Assembly: GCA_030704615.1 (NCBI GenBank)
Contig: CM060734.1
Span: forward strand, 22,320,001 to 22,384,000
Source: Takakia lepidozioides
Taxonomy: Eukaryota; Plantae; Bryophyta
Direction: 5' to 3'
Length of the DNA stretch: 64,000 nucleotides
The notes under the pieces were generated by a model. It did not search any database. It saw only the letters and a program-made list of their open reading frames with translations, and had not been told where the DNA came from. Position 1 is the stretch's first letter; every line of letters begins with the position of its first letter. A program made the position numbers and the translations under genes. Shown here piece by piece: positions 11,390-24,933 of the stretch.

Positions 11390-14300
11390 ATGCCGCCTGA
11401 AGGGCGTGGCTCTCCTGAGAGAGACCTCACATCCAGACCGCGGCAGAAGTTGAAAGCTCTGTATTACGGACGACGGCCAATCTCTCGCATGGCCAAACTG
11501 AAGCTCCAGCAGGAGATTCCAGTGTCTTGCTCACAACCTGCGCCAACTGAAGCCGAGTACTCTCAGGCAAGCCACTTCTGCTTTCGGTTTGTTCGATTTA
11601 TTTTTTGCTTTCGCTTTGTTACCTCGCTTTGTTTTTGCATCTTCATCCTGGCTTTGCTGTATGAGTGAACTTTAGATAGTTGAATGAACCTTAGATTGTT
11701 TGCAATGCGTGTGCAAATCCGGCAGCTCTGGAGAAGGCTGCTTGTGCATGTCATTCTTAGGCAATGGTTGCATTTGTTTTCATTGTTGTTGCATGGCTCT
11801 CCATACTTCCTAAACTTGTTATGTTTCATTTTTGCTACATGATTGTTGCTATGGTGGTTGCGCTGCTCGTTGCGATGCTGCTTTTTGCACCGATGTTGGT
11901 TTTCACGATTTTTGTCAATGACAGAGTGACGACGAGCCCGGCACGCTGGTGGTATCATCGACAGCTCCAACTCATCGCATGTTTGAATCGCCCAACTTGG
12001 GGCGAGAGGGCAAACTTAAACCTTTTGTTGGTGGACGGGAGGACTTGCAACGAGATTACGACAGAGTAGGCATTGGGGAGGTTGGTGCAGGCGGCATGGC
12101 AGGTGAAGGGCGTGAGGACATGAGGACAGCAGATCCGGCAATGGAGGTTGTTCATGCACATGCAGTAGGGCCCGCCCACGCAAAGAAAAAGAAGAAAGCT
12201 AAGCACATGCAATCCCCGGCGAGAGAGCAGTCACGGGCTGCGGAGGGGGGAGTGAGCAGTGCGCGCGAGGGTGTCAGTTCGCCTCAATCAAAGGTGGTCG
12301 TCCTGGAGGGCTCCCCTGCTGCTAGCCCTAGTAAGAAACAGAAAGCTCGTGAGAGAAAAGCAACTGGAAATTCGGCGCCGTTTTCCAGTTCTAGGCCCTA
12401 TTGCCGTCCAGGGACTTAGCCATTTTCGGGCTAAGTCCCTAGACTGGCTGGCCCTGAACTGGAAATTCGGCGCCCTTTTCCAGTTCCAGGCCGTATTGCC
12501 GTTCAGGGACTTAGCCATTTTCGGGCTAAGTCCCTAGACTGGGTGGCCCTGAAGTGGAAATTCGGCGCCATATTCCAGTTCCAGGCCCTATTGCCGTCCA
12601 GGGACAGCCATTTTCGGTCTAAGTCCCTACGGTGGCTGGCCAGGAACTGGAAATTCGGCGCCGTTTTCCAGTTCTAGGCCCTATTGCCGTCCAGGGACTT
12701 AGCCATTTTCGGGCTAAGTCCCTAGGGTGGCTGGCCCGGAACTGGAAATTCGGCGCCGTTTTCCAGTTCTAGGCCCTATTGCCGTCCAGGGACTTAGCCA
12801 TTTTCGGGCTAAGTCCCTAGACTGGCTGGCTCTGAACTGGAAATTCGGCGCCATTTTCCAGTTCCAGGCCGTATTGCCGTTCAGGGACTTAGCCATTTTC
12901 GGGCTAAGTCCCTAGACTGGGTGGCCCTGAAGTGGAAATTCGGCGCCATATTCCAGTTGTAGGCCCTATTGCCGTTCAGGGACTTAGCCATTTTCGGACC
13001 TCATTGTGTTTTTCATGAATGCAGGTACTGTAAGTTCTCCCTTTTGGAGAAAGGTCATCTGTCTTTCGAGCCACCATTCTTCCTGGCATGGAGGAACCCT
13101 GGGGTTGACTCCATGTACACTGACGATATTGTGAAGGAGTGGCATTTGGAACATTTGCGTGATTGCCCTTGATATGTGGACCTTCCGCCCGGCTCGCTCG
13201 ACCCATCCGAGTTTCAATTGAAGCTGGATGCTGAATTCCGACGAAACCGGGCTCCGCTGCCTCCGTTGGGTGCAAAAGAGGCAAAAGCGCTTGCGAACTC
13301 CAGGAAAGCGGCAGCGCTTGCTCAGGCAGGAATTCAGGAGAAATTGCATGAGAAGAGTAAAGGTCAAAGGAAAAGGACAAAGAAACAGGTGACTGCAGTA
13401 ACACCCAAAAAGAAGAAAACCATCGGGGCATCGGAGGAGGCGCAGGAGGGGACCCAAGAGAGTGACTCCGACGCCGATTTTGTTCAAGGTCCTGCGACTA
13501 CTGTTGCTCCTACCCAGTCACCGGTCGTCCGGGTTCCCAAGTCAGTTCGGAGTGGGACTGGCTCTGCCAAGAAGTTGGCATTTGAGGGCGAGCCTACACG
13601 GCGGTATTCGGCGGTGACGTTTACGCACAGGCCAAAGCTAGAACCTCCAACCATCATCCAATGCGTCAATGAGAGCTTCCTTGACGCTCTCGCTGCCAGG
13701 GCGAAGAAGGTGGCACACAACAAGTCTCTGGCGGAGCAGAAGGGGAAAGCCAAGAAGAGGGCTGCCGGTACAGAGCCTAAAGACACCCCTGGTTTTGAAG
13801 CCATGATGGAATTCTTCACGGCTGTGAGCACGAATTGCAAGAGCACTCGGGGGGGGGGGGGGGGGGGTTGAGGTGGAGAGAGCTTGCGACATGATTCTCC
13901 TCGACATTCCAGATGGGGAGCTGCTGGAGGGCCTGGATGGTGTGCCCACCTGGAACAGGTTTACTGAGGACTACTGGAAAGCCGGGTTTGGGCTGGCTGG
14001 GATGCTTTTGGATGACGGTGGATGTGTGGTTGTCCTTGCCACGAGAGGGAAGACCACAGAGAATGCGGTGGCAAGGTGGACACCGAAAAGTGTCACCCCG
14101 GTCCTCCTCAGAAAATGGTTCTGCATCAGTACGCAGGGGTTGCGAACAGAGGGCCAAAGTGTAAGTTATCAATCTATTGCATTCACTTCATATTGTGGTG
14201 TATGTTAAGTAGACCCTGGAATTGATCCCTTCTTTGTTGGATGTGCAGACATTGGTGTTTGAGGCATATTGCTTTGTGAAGAGAGGGTCTACGTTCAAAT

Positions 14301-15376
14301 TCCGCAACGACGGTCGTCTTGTCGATGCCGCTGTGGACCCTGTAACCTACGATGTCCTCTACAACTATGTGCCCCACTCTAGTATGCCGAAGGACACAAA
14401 GACAGGCAAACCGTGGCGGTACAGCCGGACCCGGAGCCCTGCTTTCATCCAAACCCTCATGGAGACGTGCTCGGATGTCCAAGGGCGGATTCTGGACCTC
14501 ACATGCGGCACGGGTAAGCCTTCACGTGCTCAGTTTGTCCCCTGGCCCCATTGCAATTGCATGCCGCAAGCTATTAACCGCCCGCTTTGTTCCTTAGGTG
14601 CTTCAATGTGGGCAGGGACGTTGTCCGACAGGCATGTGTTCGCCTTCGAGCCAGATACTGCCCTCCACAACTCGGAACTTGCAGCGGCTGAACGTCTGCC
14701 GAAAGAGGAAGAGGCATCCTCGGAGGATGAGGAAAAATCCGAGAAGGAGCAGGGGGAGGAAGTTGGGATCGAGGCCGAGGAGCCCCCGGTTTACGAGTGA
14801 GTGGTGGCATTGTAAGTTGCCTCCAGATTTTGTGAGGCACCTCCCTCCGCTCTCTTATTTCATTGAAAACCCTTTCTGGTTGTGCTGGTATTGACATTCT
14901 TCAAGTGGATTTGTTCTTACTGTAGGATGCCAAGTACTGCCGGAGGGACGTCTACACCGGAGTTCATGGGCAGGAGGAACGTGCCTTTTTTTGCCAGGGG
15001 GGATTTCATGCCTAGTCCAGAAAGGGAGTACATCCTTCCTACTTATGCTGCCCGGCTTGCTTCGGTGTCCATTAGGAGGTGTTCCGAACGTAGTCGTGTA
15101 CAGCAGATTTTAGACGAGGCAAGCCTCAAGAAAATGAAGATGAGGGAGGAGGCAGCAGCTATTAGAGCCCGTCGGGCTCGTAGATTTGTGTTGGATTCTG
15201 CTGAGGAAAGTGGGGGAGAAGACGCAGAAGATTCCCAGGAGGTGAGGTGGACAGTCCCCCAAGGAGAGGACGGGATTTTTGAGAGGCATAGTGGAACTGA
15301 TGCATCACAGAGCTCGGAGGATGAGGGGGATGAGGAAGAAGGTGGGGCAAGTTCCTCGGAGGGTGTAGGAGAGTAG
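11390..15376 (+). pseudogene. Accessory ParB-MTase-like gene of copy A1; ParB exons deleted, MTase-like exons retained
   Basis: Exon-by-exon homology to 58731-63942 (RPRQKLKALYYGRRP; EPPFFLAW; CDMILLDIPDG; RSPAFIQTLMETC..ILDLTCGTG; NVPFFARGDFM); stop near 13170 and poly-G frameshift near 13850. Confidence 0.85.
12362..12997. repeat. ~95-bp tandem repeat (about 6.5 copies), each with two palindromes
   Basis: Each unit contains GAACTGGAAATTCGGCGCCGTTTTCCAGTTC and GGGACTTAGCC-ATTTTCG-GGCTAAGTCCC; intronic position. Confidence 0.92.
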
Positions 15377-15597
15377 TGCCCATTCCGGCTATGACAGTTA
15401 GAACACACTTGTATAGACGTGGCTTGCCACAAAATTTGCAATAAAATGTTGCATTTCAAGTCCACTGGTGCCACATTCCAACTTCACATGACCCTATTTC
15501 CGTGCCTCCTAACCCTATTTCCGTGGACTCACAATGGTCTGCTCATGCTTTTTTTTTTTCCGCTCATGCTCATGCCGCTCATGAAATAGCAGCCCCC

Positions 15598-16900
15598 ATA
15601 TCATTGTTATATCCACCAGGCCTACCATAGTGGTCCTGGTCATTGTTTCTTCTTGGCTGGGGTTGCACTTCATGCACCCTCATCTGTCTTGGTTCCCTTG
15701 TAGCTGTCTTTCTGTTGTAATAACAATTCTCAGTAGAATGGTTGTCCATTTTACAGATAGTACAGTGTTTCTCCTTCATGTGGCATTCAACTGTGGTATG
15801 GCCTTCATTTTGGCATTTTGAACACCAGACACCCTTCCTCCAATGTGTTGCAGCCTCTGTAGCATACTTCTTCAAGATTTCTTCCAACTTCTTTCATAAT
15901 TATCCCTCTTCAATTTTTCCTTCTTCTTGTTCTTCTTCTTGAGCTCTTGCTCTTCTTCCTCATCTGACTCATCCTCGGAGTCATCAACATCCTTTTTATC
16001 CTTCCTGAGCAATTTCCCTTGCTCTTTTGTTGGCTATTTCAAATGCCTCTTCCACTGTATTATGGGGTAACATATCCACTTTCTTTTGTAACTCAGGTCT
16101 CAGTCCACTCACAAACCAAGTCTTTTGTAAACCTGCTGGTGGCACATTAGCCAGCTTCTTGACCATTAACTCCATCTTCTCCAGATATTCCTCAACAGTT
16201 TCATGCTTCTTTTGTCTCAACTGTTGTAGACTACCGTACATTTCATCCTCAGTTTTGCTTGTCCTGAACCTGTTCCGGAATGCTGTACTAAGGCCATTCC
16301 AGGTTAGAAAATGATTATCAGGAAATCGAGCATACCACTCACCTGCTTTCTTGATAAGTGAACAAGGAAACAATCTTAGTTTGGCATCATCACCATTCTC
16401 ATTGTTCACTATACACATGTGCTCAAATAAACTGATGTGTACATCAGGATCCCCTTTTCATGCGTATATCAGAAAAGGTGGCTTTCCTGAGTTGGAGCTA
16501 CTGCTGCCATCTGTGGCCCCACTCCCTGCCCTGTGGCTGGTGTTGGACCTCATGTAGGTGCTTGTCCTTGAGGACCGGTTGTGGTAGTGGTTGAACTCCT
16601 ACCAAGTGTTGGCCCCTGAGCACTTCCTGCTATAGGCCCCCTGTATTTGCAGTACCCCCAGTTCCAGTTGCACTACTTCCTACACTCCCTGTCCCCCTAG
16701 AGCCAGATCCAAGCTGCCCGCTTGATCCCCCTGAGCCGACACCTTTGTTGGCCTGTGATCCAAGTGTGTCACTTGATCCTGGTCCAACAGGTTGGGATGT
16801 CCTAGTAGTAGTCTCAACCTCAACTGTTGGGTCTACGTCTTCATACTCTTCGTCTTCCAAGTTTTTCTCTCTGTTTTCATCTTCCAAGTTCTTATCTTGG
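15598..16900 (-). pseudogene. gag: Ty3 gag (capsid and two CCHC knuckles)
   Basis: AKLRLFPCSL..AGEWY..TWNGLSTAFRNRF..LRQKKHETVEEY; CSKCQNEGHTTVEC; CTICKMDNHSTENC. Confidence 0.88.
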
Positions 16901-17231
16901 ATTTATTCTTCCTCACTCATATAGCTCAATTGAAGTGGTGTTGGAGAGTCTGAACTCTCCATTGGTTCTGCCTCATCTTCCTCTCCTTCCTTGGCTGGTG
17001 TTTCAGAAACTGTAGTTCCTACTCTTGGTGTACCGTGCCAACTCTGAGCAAAGTTTTTTGTCAAATCTTTAACCCAGAGATGTACCTCCGATCTTTCCCT
17101 TCGTGGTTGATCTTCTTCCTGTACCAAATCCCTCAATCTTTCTTGTAAAGAAAGGTGTCCACCTTTCAGCTAGAAGGCAGTAGCCCTTTGTGGTGAAGTG
17201 ACACCATAAGTTACGCTCCTTTGGGGAGGCG

Positions 17232-18050
17232 TCAATTTTTTTTTCTTTTTTTCTTTTTTTCTTGTAAAGAATAAGAAGGAGTGGCATCTAAATTAGGATC
17301 TTCCGGTATGGGTGATGTACTCTCTGGCCTTGGTGGTGTGAGAGGTCCAGATGATTCCCCTATGTTTATGCCTCTCTCCCAGAGGTAGGGATAATTAGCT
17401 TTCAAATAACTTTCTTTTTTTGCTGAATATCTCTGAAGTCTGGCTTCCCTTTCATCACTCATGACCCATATCTTTCACGTCTTTGATGAGGCAATAACCA
17501 AAACTCTCTCCTGTAGTATCTCTCGTATATGACTGGATTTCTTTCAAGCTTTAATGTATACCCTTGGCTAGACTGGAAGGCTCCGTTACCATATAACCAT
17601 ATGGCAAGCTGGTCTGAAAAGCTGTTTTTGGTGTAAGCTTGATCCAAAGGATATCCTTTGGTATCCAATTCTTTACCAGTTCAAACTCTTCATGCATGTG
17701 AGTGTAAACATTCACTTTTCGTTCCTCCCAGCTTTCAAACTCCGCTCGTTTAATGGATAGCAACGCTATCATATAAACCAGTGTTGGTAACCATCTCGCT
17801 CTCCCTTTACAGGCCACTTAATAAATCTTTATCACTCCTTTTTCCAGACCCCACTCTAGATCAGCATCATGCACTCTCTTGAGAATATTTTCCTTGCAAC
17901 CGTCTGGCAATTCCAAGAACTTCTGAAAGAATTGTTTGGACAATCTTTCTTTCTCAGTTTCACAAGGAATTTGATTCACATCAAATTCTTTGATTCTCCA
18001 TCCTCCATGATCCCACCAGATGCCTGTCACATCTGGTTGTTCTTGACTCT
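17232..18050 (-). pseudogene. Decayed extra ORF upstream of gag, unknown function
   Basis: Abutting protein-like ORF pieces (17818-18126, 17551-17817, 17459-17668, 17232-17462) between the PBS and gag. Confidence 0.45.
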
Positions 18051-18052
18051 GT

Positions 18053-18070
18053 TCCCCAGTATGGTTGCCA
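18053..18070 (-). promoter_or_regulatory. Primer-binding site TGGCAACCATACTGGGGA
   Basis: TGG-initiated 18-mer lying 2 nt after the LTR end; priming tRNA not identified. Confidence 0.7.
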
Positions 18071-18072
18071 AA

Positions 18073-19047
18073 TGTTGAGCGGATTTTACTCACCCATCCC
18101 TTAGCTATCCGAGGTGGAAACTCCAAGATAGAAGAGTTGGAAATCTATGAGTACTCAGCCCGCTCAGAACAATTAGTCATGACCTACAACTAGTGTATCA
18201 TGGGGGTGCTTTCCTATATCTATTCATTCTTGCTTCCATGTTTAGTAAGTTACCTTATTGCCTATGATTAAGTATCAGATTGCTTCTGCAATCTACCATG
18301 TTCCATCTACTTAAGCATTCATTCCACAGCTTCACTCAGGTCTCTCTACACAGTGTGAGTATGAAATATGAATCGTATTAATATCTATCATGTGTCAGGC
18401 CGAAGCCATGGTGTCTCTATTCTGCCCTATAGTACATCTCTACAGCTTGCATGTATCAAGCATCAACAGATCGTCTCTCCTCCTCCGTGTGTTCGCCATC
18501 CCTGTGCTCCAAGATCGTGCTCCCAGAAGTGATCCCCTCCATGTAGCTACTCTGCATAATGTATCTACAAGCTGTTCTAACCGCTTAACTAACTAACTAA
18601 CTGCCAGCCAAGACAGTACGTAAGTACTTTCGTTCCCTCTGTTGGTGACGTTCCCACACACTCGTTCCCTCCTGTGATAACCGCTCCCTGTGTCAAACTG
18701 TGACCTGTGTGACGCTGTGACGGGCTGTGTCAAGCTGTGTCGGGCTGTGAACTGTGTCAGGTTGTGACTGGCTGTGTCGAACTATGACTGTGTCAGACTG
18801 TGACTGACTGTGCTGTGACAGATTGTGTTGACTGTGTGCTGTGTCGGGTTGTGTCGACTGTGACTGTGTCGGGCAGTGACGAACTATGACATGCTGTGAT
18901 AGGTTGTGTAAGCCTGTGACTGCTGATTGTGTGAGCCTGTGTCTGCCACCCCTAAGGCCTGTGCTGGTCTGAGTCTGCCACACCGCAAAATTAAGGGTAC
19001 CCCTCAGAACCCATAAAACTGTCTAAGTCCCACACAGCCCTGTAACA
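18073..19047 (-). mobile_element. 5' LTR, family 2
   Basis: TG..CA termini; colinear with 44641-45578; internal GCTGTGTCGG-like microrepeat at 18690-18960. Confidence 0.9.
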
Positions 19048-22000
19048 ACCCTTCCATGTTTTCTGTTCTTAAATATCAGATTATGTACTCATATCCTGCA
19101 TCAACTCAACCAATCAAACCACCAAGGGAAGTGCCTCCACATGTGATTACTCTGCCTACTTTGTTTTCCATTTAACCTATCAGTTTCCGGGATATACATC
19201 TGGTGCAATGGGCCTTGCCCTCTTCTATCTCTCCCCTTCCCACATACATGTCTCACTTACTCCCTGTCAAAATTCAAATGCACTTGTCTCTTCTTCTCTC
19301 TCTCTCTCTATTACTCATGTTGAACAAATACATGCCCCAAAGGCGTATCAAATCACCTTACTGCTGTTGCCCCAACCTGCGGCCAACTCCCCCAACTGAC
19401 TTGATCTCTTTCCTCAAACATACCGGATATCCTTCCCTTGCTTACCTGCCCACTACTATGCTCTTTGCTCCCATCCCTACTGAATTGTGGTGCTGTCGTT
19501 TACAGAGTTATCACAAAACGACTTTCTCCCCTAAGCAGCGCAACATTGTGGGAGGCACCATTTCCAGCATATGGCTCCCAACCATTCTAGTTCATTCAAC
19601 CCTCTCTCCTTCCACATGTCTCTCCACAACCAGGATGTTTCAGCCAGTGTCCAAAAATCGCTTCAGTACAGGTGCACCAACATCAGAAAGGCTGGTGCAG
19701 TAATGGAAAGGCATGAACCTACAGATTATGAGAACACCTCTGGAGCTCTCATAGCTGGAATTCACATCGAGACTTGCCTCCATAATGCCTTAAAGACAGA
19801 CCCCTGCCGAGGGCCTAAGTTTTGCGAAGCTGCTTTGCAACTTAGGCACTCCCACGACACTCCCGGTATGCCCCTTTCAATCTATCACGGACAAAATTAA
19901 TTTGGGACAAACAATTACAAGTATGATCTTCCCTCTCACTTTTGATTTATTTCCTGCAACCTCCACCCCTCTCCGGCTCATAGAATGCATAGGGACTGGT
20001 GTGAGCACTCTTCTGCCATACAAAACTATATGCGCAGCCATGCTTCCGCAGCCACCTCCCATCAATCTCGACGGTCACCCTACCCTGTTCTCTTACCAAA
20101 ATTCATCTCTAGGCTGGTCCTACCCCTCTCTCTACTGCAGGTATTCGCGCAGCTTCACCTCCGCCTCACGTTCTCCTCTGTCACTGTCGTACTACTTTTC
20201 TACTGCTGAACTGAATATGCCTCTCACAATGTTACTGGGTCAAAGCATGTTCAGGTGTCTCATTTGAGGAACTATTTCAAGGACAACAGCCCTATGTTTG
20301 ACTATCATTAGGGTCATGGGATTATTTTGCGCTTATTTTGCTAGTTTTTCGAAATAGGTATCCATCTCATAATAATGTGGGGTCATGGACATATCGCGTA
20401 CTCCCACGTCTACAAATGTCTCCATTGTGCAGCCCAAATTTTGGCGCATTGCATGAGGTAGCGACAATTTTTTCGCGATCCACTGCTACACGACAAAGAC
20501 AGTGTGCAATTTTGAAACTGTACTACGCGCATCTTTGCAATAATGTCTTTCTCTCTACTGTGACGACTCTTGTATGGAGTGTGAAACCCGCTCAAGTCTC
20601 GAGCGCATTCTCACGCTCCTTTCTTTGCGACGAAATACTTGAACGTTGTTGTTATTTCGCTTACAGTTGTTGCATTGGAAAGCATCTGCACACCCCGGTG
20701 CATTTTTGGCTCCAGCACTCTCAGCTGTCCATGGTCGAGCAGATGTGTGGTGTCTCGATCGCATTCTCACCCGGACCTGGTGTTTACCCCATGCGAAAGG
20801 AGGAATTCAATGTGGTTGACGTTTAGGGTTCCATAGAGTCCCTGCATTATAACTTCTACTTTGGAAATCTTCAGTGCTAATTTTGAGGCTTCACTGTCAG
20901 CTCCTGGGAGACATACCAAGATACAGCCGCAGTCCATAGGTGGTGTTTGAAACATCTCCGCATTGGTCGTACTGAGCGAGCGAAAAGTGAAGTATTCTAA
21001 CCTACCTATCCCTACACGAGAGTGGTGGAGACATTCTCAGTTGTCATGACTGTTTAATGTCCAACCTAGAATGTCAGGAGGTGCGCACTCCATTATTGAA
21101 TGGACATTTGCATACTTCTATTCGTAACATAGTGGGTGTGTTTCTCCACCGCAATGTGGATAATCGCAACCACATGCAATACATGTCATTTTGTCTGAGC
21201 CCTGAATCTGTTATTTGTCTCCACCTGCAATCTGCAATCTATCAGAGGGAGGTATGTGAATTGACCCAATTCCCTTCTTCGTGTAACTAAAATGTGTTGC
21301 CTACATGCAGGAATCTGCGAGCGATCTTGCATGAAGTGAACACAGTGGAACCTAAGACGGAGAAAATTACGGTTCGGTGGGCAGATTTGCTAAGTCAAAC
21401 ACTTATTGTGGATTTTCCTTGCGACAAAGCCATCTGTGTTGCACCATCTCTATGCGTAACCTATTCCCTACCCGAGACTGTCAGGGTCTACAGTTGTCCT
21501 AAGCTTTTAGTAATTTGAGTGTCAGCACCCCTCGTTCAAGCCCCTACTTTGTGCCATCCATGTCCCATTTACTCATTTTGAATGGGAACCCCTTCCGTGG
21601 TATTGCATTGATAGGCCTCTTGTGGGAGACCTCATTGTGTTTAAAGTTCCACACAACACTCATCCTTGGGGAGTTAAGGTAGTTGAGATGACCCCAGAGA
21701 TGATGGATGGGACGTTCATGGATTATACTTTGTGCTTGCAACGGACGTCATCTCAACTGACCACCTATATTTGCATTGGTGGATGGTGGATTCTTAGTGA
21801 GGAATCACATGTCGACATTGCCGAGGTGACTTAGTGCTTTGAATCGTTTGCATTGTGTTTAGGGTTATCCAGAATTGATAGGTTTATTGACGTAGCACCC
21901 TATCATTTTACTCCCACATTGAGTGCCATGATTACAAAAGATTTTCTAATACATATAGTCAATTTTTGTTTGTTGTGCAGGCCCTCAGTTCCTCTGATGT

Positions 22001-22165
22001 CATCATATGAGCCTGTCTACTATATTAGTGAATCTCTTGTTTTGTGTAGTATGTGTGTGGTTGCATGTTGAGGGTATACATTCCCATGAATTTGTAGGTT
22101 TCCATTTGTTAGAGCCCTATCTGCAGGTTTTTACTTAGGGTGATTTTTGTTGCCGCACAACAGAA

Positions 22166-24933
22166 TGGCAAACAAAAAGAATAGTAGGGGAAGATCAAAT
22201 TACCTTGGCCAAAACACCAGAGAGAACTTAGCAACCCAAGCCTCTGTTGAAAAACAAAGAAAAGCTAGGAATGCACAGCGGATTAGGGAGTGGAGGATAC
22301 AGAAAAGGACAGGTCCTGTAGTGTCAAGTCTGGAGTCATGTCTGCAAATCCCTAAAGTCACAGAGAGGTACGAAAGGAAGCTTGCTGCAAATATTGTGAG
22401 AAGTCTAGATCAGTTTGAGCGGGTGAGTGATGAGGGTTGTGCGAGGCGCATGGTTGCTAGAGCCCTGTGTCATCCTAAGTTTAAAAGTATTGCCAGATGA
22501 TGTCAGAAACCGTAAGGAAGCGGATATGAACAAAGCTTTAATGACTAACCTGAATGTTACAATGCAACATGTTAAGAATGTCAGTCGGAAGGATAACCTA
22601 GCAGCCCGTAATAGCGTGCTTGCTATGGTTGCTGGTGTCAACATTCGGTGCAAATCTGCTGCTGCAAAAGTGTTAGGCGTGCATCCCCGAAATGTGGGAA
22701 AAGCTATGTCCAGACGTCGAATCATCGACGAGTATGGTTCGGCATTGTGGGCAGATGCACGCAGGGCTCAACGATGTGACAATATTAGTTCTGAAATTCA
22801 AAACATTGTGGTGGATTGGTGGACAGTTGAGACCCGCGTATCTCCAAACAAGAAGGATGTAACACGACAACGCATTGGGCCCAAAGTTTATACAACTCAT
22901 GCCACTCACTGGCTTATGGAGACTCAGGTATTGTGGCTCATCCTGACCTTATATACATCATCACTTTTTCAGTTCTAGTTTTCACAGAAGAGAAAATGAG
23001 ACTGAAGTGTTGCATCTCATGACTGAAATATGTTAAGAGGCCTTTCAAATATGATTCACTGTTTTCTTTGGTAATATTCTCTGCTCATTTACTACATTTG
23101 TGTCGATATACAGGACATGACAGTGAGAGTGCATGGACTATACCTTAGTCATAGTTCAATCACTTTGTATTGAATTGCATGGATTCCTAGGCCCTATTGC
23201 TATGATGCCCCATTTTTTTTTTTTTAATTGTCATTGTCATGAGTCCATCTATTGTACTGTTAGATTAGTCACATATGTTGTTAGTATGTATGGTATCTTG
23301 GAAGCAGCGATATGAATCCTCAGGAGGCTATTTATGTACATTGAAAGTGTGTTGTAGATCCTTTTGAGGATATGAAGAGGTATGTCCACAACCTGCTTGT
23401 TGCCTCTATGTTGCCTTAACCTCCTTTGTGCTCAGTTTATTAGTGGAAGAGTTGCAATGTACTGGTTTTGGAGCAGGAGTGCTGATTACATGTAAACTGT
23501 CAGTGGATGTTTGGTTGTCTAGTCTAAATGCATGACTTGCACATTGATTTATCCTTTCGTGCATGTTATAGTCCTTGAAGTATTCAAGTCATTCTGGACA
23601 GTGATGTCAATTTCCATGTTTCATTAATGTTTGACAATCCTTTTGCCATACTTTGGTCCTTTGACTGCTGAGACCTTTCACGTATGCTTTTGATTTGTTG
23701 AGTCCTTTGTTTGTTGAGTCATTCAATTGTCATAACCTTTACTTATTTAGTAATTCATGAGTCATGTAGTTCTTGAGATGTTGAGGTCCTGCAAGCATAG
23801 TCATTGGTCTACTATTATCCTTCCAATCCATATACTTAATTGTGTCCTTGTCATGCAACACAATACCTTCCTTTCAACAATGCATCCTAAGGTCACTTCA
23901 CAGTCATTTTCTTAGTGCTTAACATACCCTTCTGTCATGTCCTTCTCTTCAGATGCTTTCATTGTCTCATTGATCCTAGTCTAGGACATTCGTCATTCCA
24001 TCAGATCCGTACTCTTTACTAGACTCACTACTGTCAATATCCCTACCATCATACTTTGTCTTCATTTCAGTCTAAGAGGTTGCTTTTGAGAGGTCACGCA
24101 GAGCATCATGCAACCCCTGATGTTGGCTTAACCATTTCTTTATTTTCATTGTTGTCTTTGTGTGTTGGAGGAGACTTGTCATGTTTTTGTATTTTGCCCT
24201 ACAGAGCAAACATTTCCCTTCACAACATCCATCTTGAATGTCCTTACAGTCTTGTCAGTACAGTTTCCCCATTGGTCTGTGCTATTCTGGCAATGTTATT
24301 GCGTTTACAATTTGTACCCGGCCTTCTTTGTGGGTTTTCTGACATGGTGCAGCTGCTGGTTGGCAGACTGAGTTCTTTTTGCGATTTCAGCAGAAAAACC
24401 CTACAGTGAAGATCAGGCAGCGGCACATGTCAATCCCTGGAAACCTGTGAAGCTTCAACCAACAGACCTTGTAAGTGTGCGTCGGACTATCCTTGAAGCT
24501 TCGGATGATGAGGCTGAGTTTGGTGGGGATGGCCAATCCCTTGCAGCCATTGTTCAAGCTGGGGATAACTTTGTCGTGAATGCTGAACCTGATAATGTTT
24601 GGGGAGTTGACTTCTATCCAGTGTGACATGCCCTTGCACATTGTGCAAGCAAACTTTGAGGACCATTGGGGTTGCAAGTGGCATGCAGGTGAACATGTTG
24701 TCCGAGGGAGGTGGTATGAGCCGAGTGGGAATGGGCAGAAATATTACATTCTGCTAGAGGATAAGCCTCATGCCTATGTGTTCTCTCATCTCATCAGGGC
24801 TGCAATGTTTCAAATGCCCCCAGGGTTGCATAGGGTGAAAGGGAACAGAGTAGTGTATGAGCTTGGTGGTGACACCCTGTCACAAATTAGGAGTTCGATA
24901 GAACAATTGGATGGTCCTGATGATGGATTTTAG
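22166..24933 (+). pseudogene. Probable transposase remnant of the Sola2-like element (N-terminal exon 22166-22927 and C-terminal piece 24420-24933; catalytic core not seen)
   Basis: HTH-like AAKVLGVHPRNV, WWTVETRVSPNKKDV ending in a GT donor; C-terminal GDNFVVNAEPDN.WGVDFY..VVRGRWYE; family assignment rests on recollection and on the TIR/TSD context. Confidence 0.55.

Larger units (their letters stand above)
9518..15597. mobile_element. Internally deleted Mutator-like element, copy A1 (~6.1 kb), inserted in gag
   Basis: Imperfect TIRs GAGGTTTGCTATTTCATGAGC / GCTCATGAAATAGCAGCCCCC; flanking duplication ATATCATT(G), 8-9 bp; the empty site restores gag GGYNNDMARRANPRG; the same right end recurs at 38372. 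Confidence 0.9.
4667..19047 (-). mobile_element. Decayed Ty3/gypsy (non-chromoviral type) LTR retrotransposon; 3' end missing; two nested insertions
   Basis: Order on the minus strand: LTR, PBS, extra ORF, gag, protease, RT, RNase H, integrase; many stops and frameshifts. Confidence 0.92.

Noticed and set aside
9626-12915. ORFs with MEIRRRIS / WKFGAE / GNSAP repeats (also 41208-42038, 44008-44761 and EMRRRIS types at 56510-58586)
   Set aside because: They are translations of palindromic tandem repeats open in many frames on both strands, not proteins.
20338-22071. Additional gene in the left arm of the Sola2-like element
   Set aside because: Only short ORF pieces with no recognisable motif; a gene model cannot be supported.
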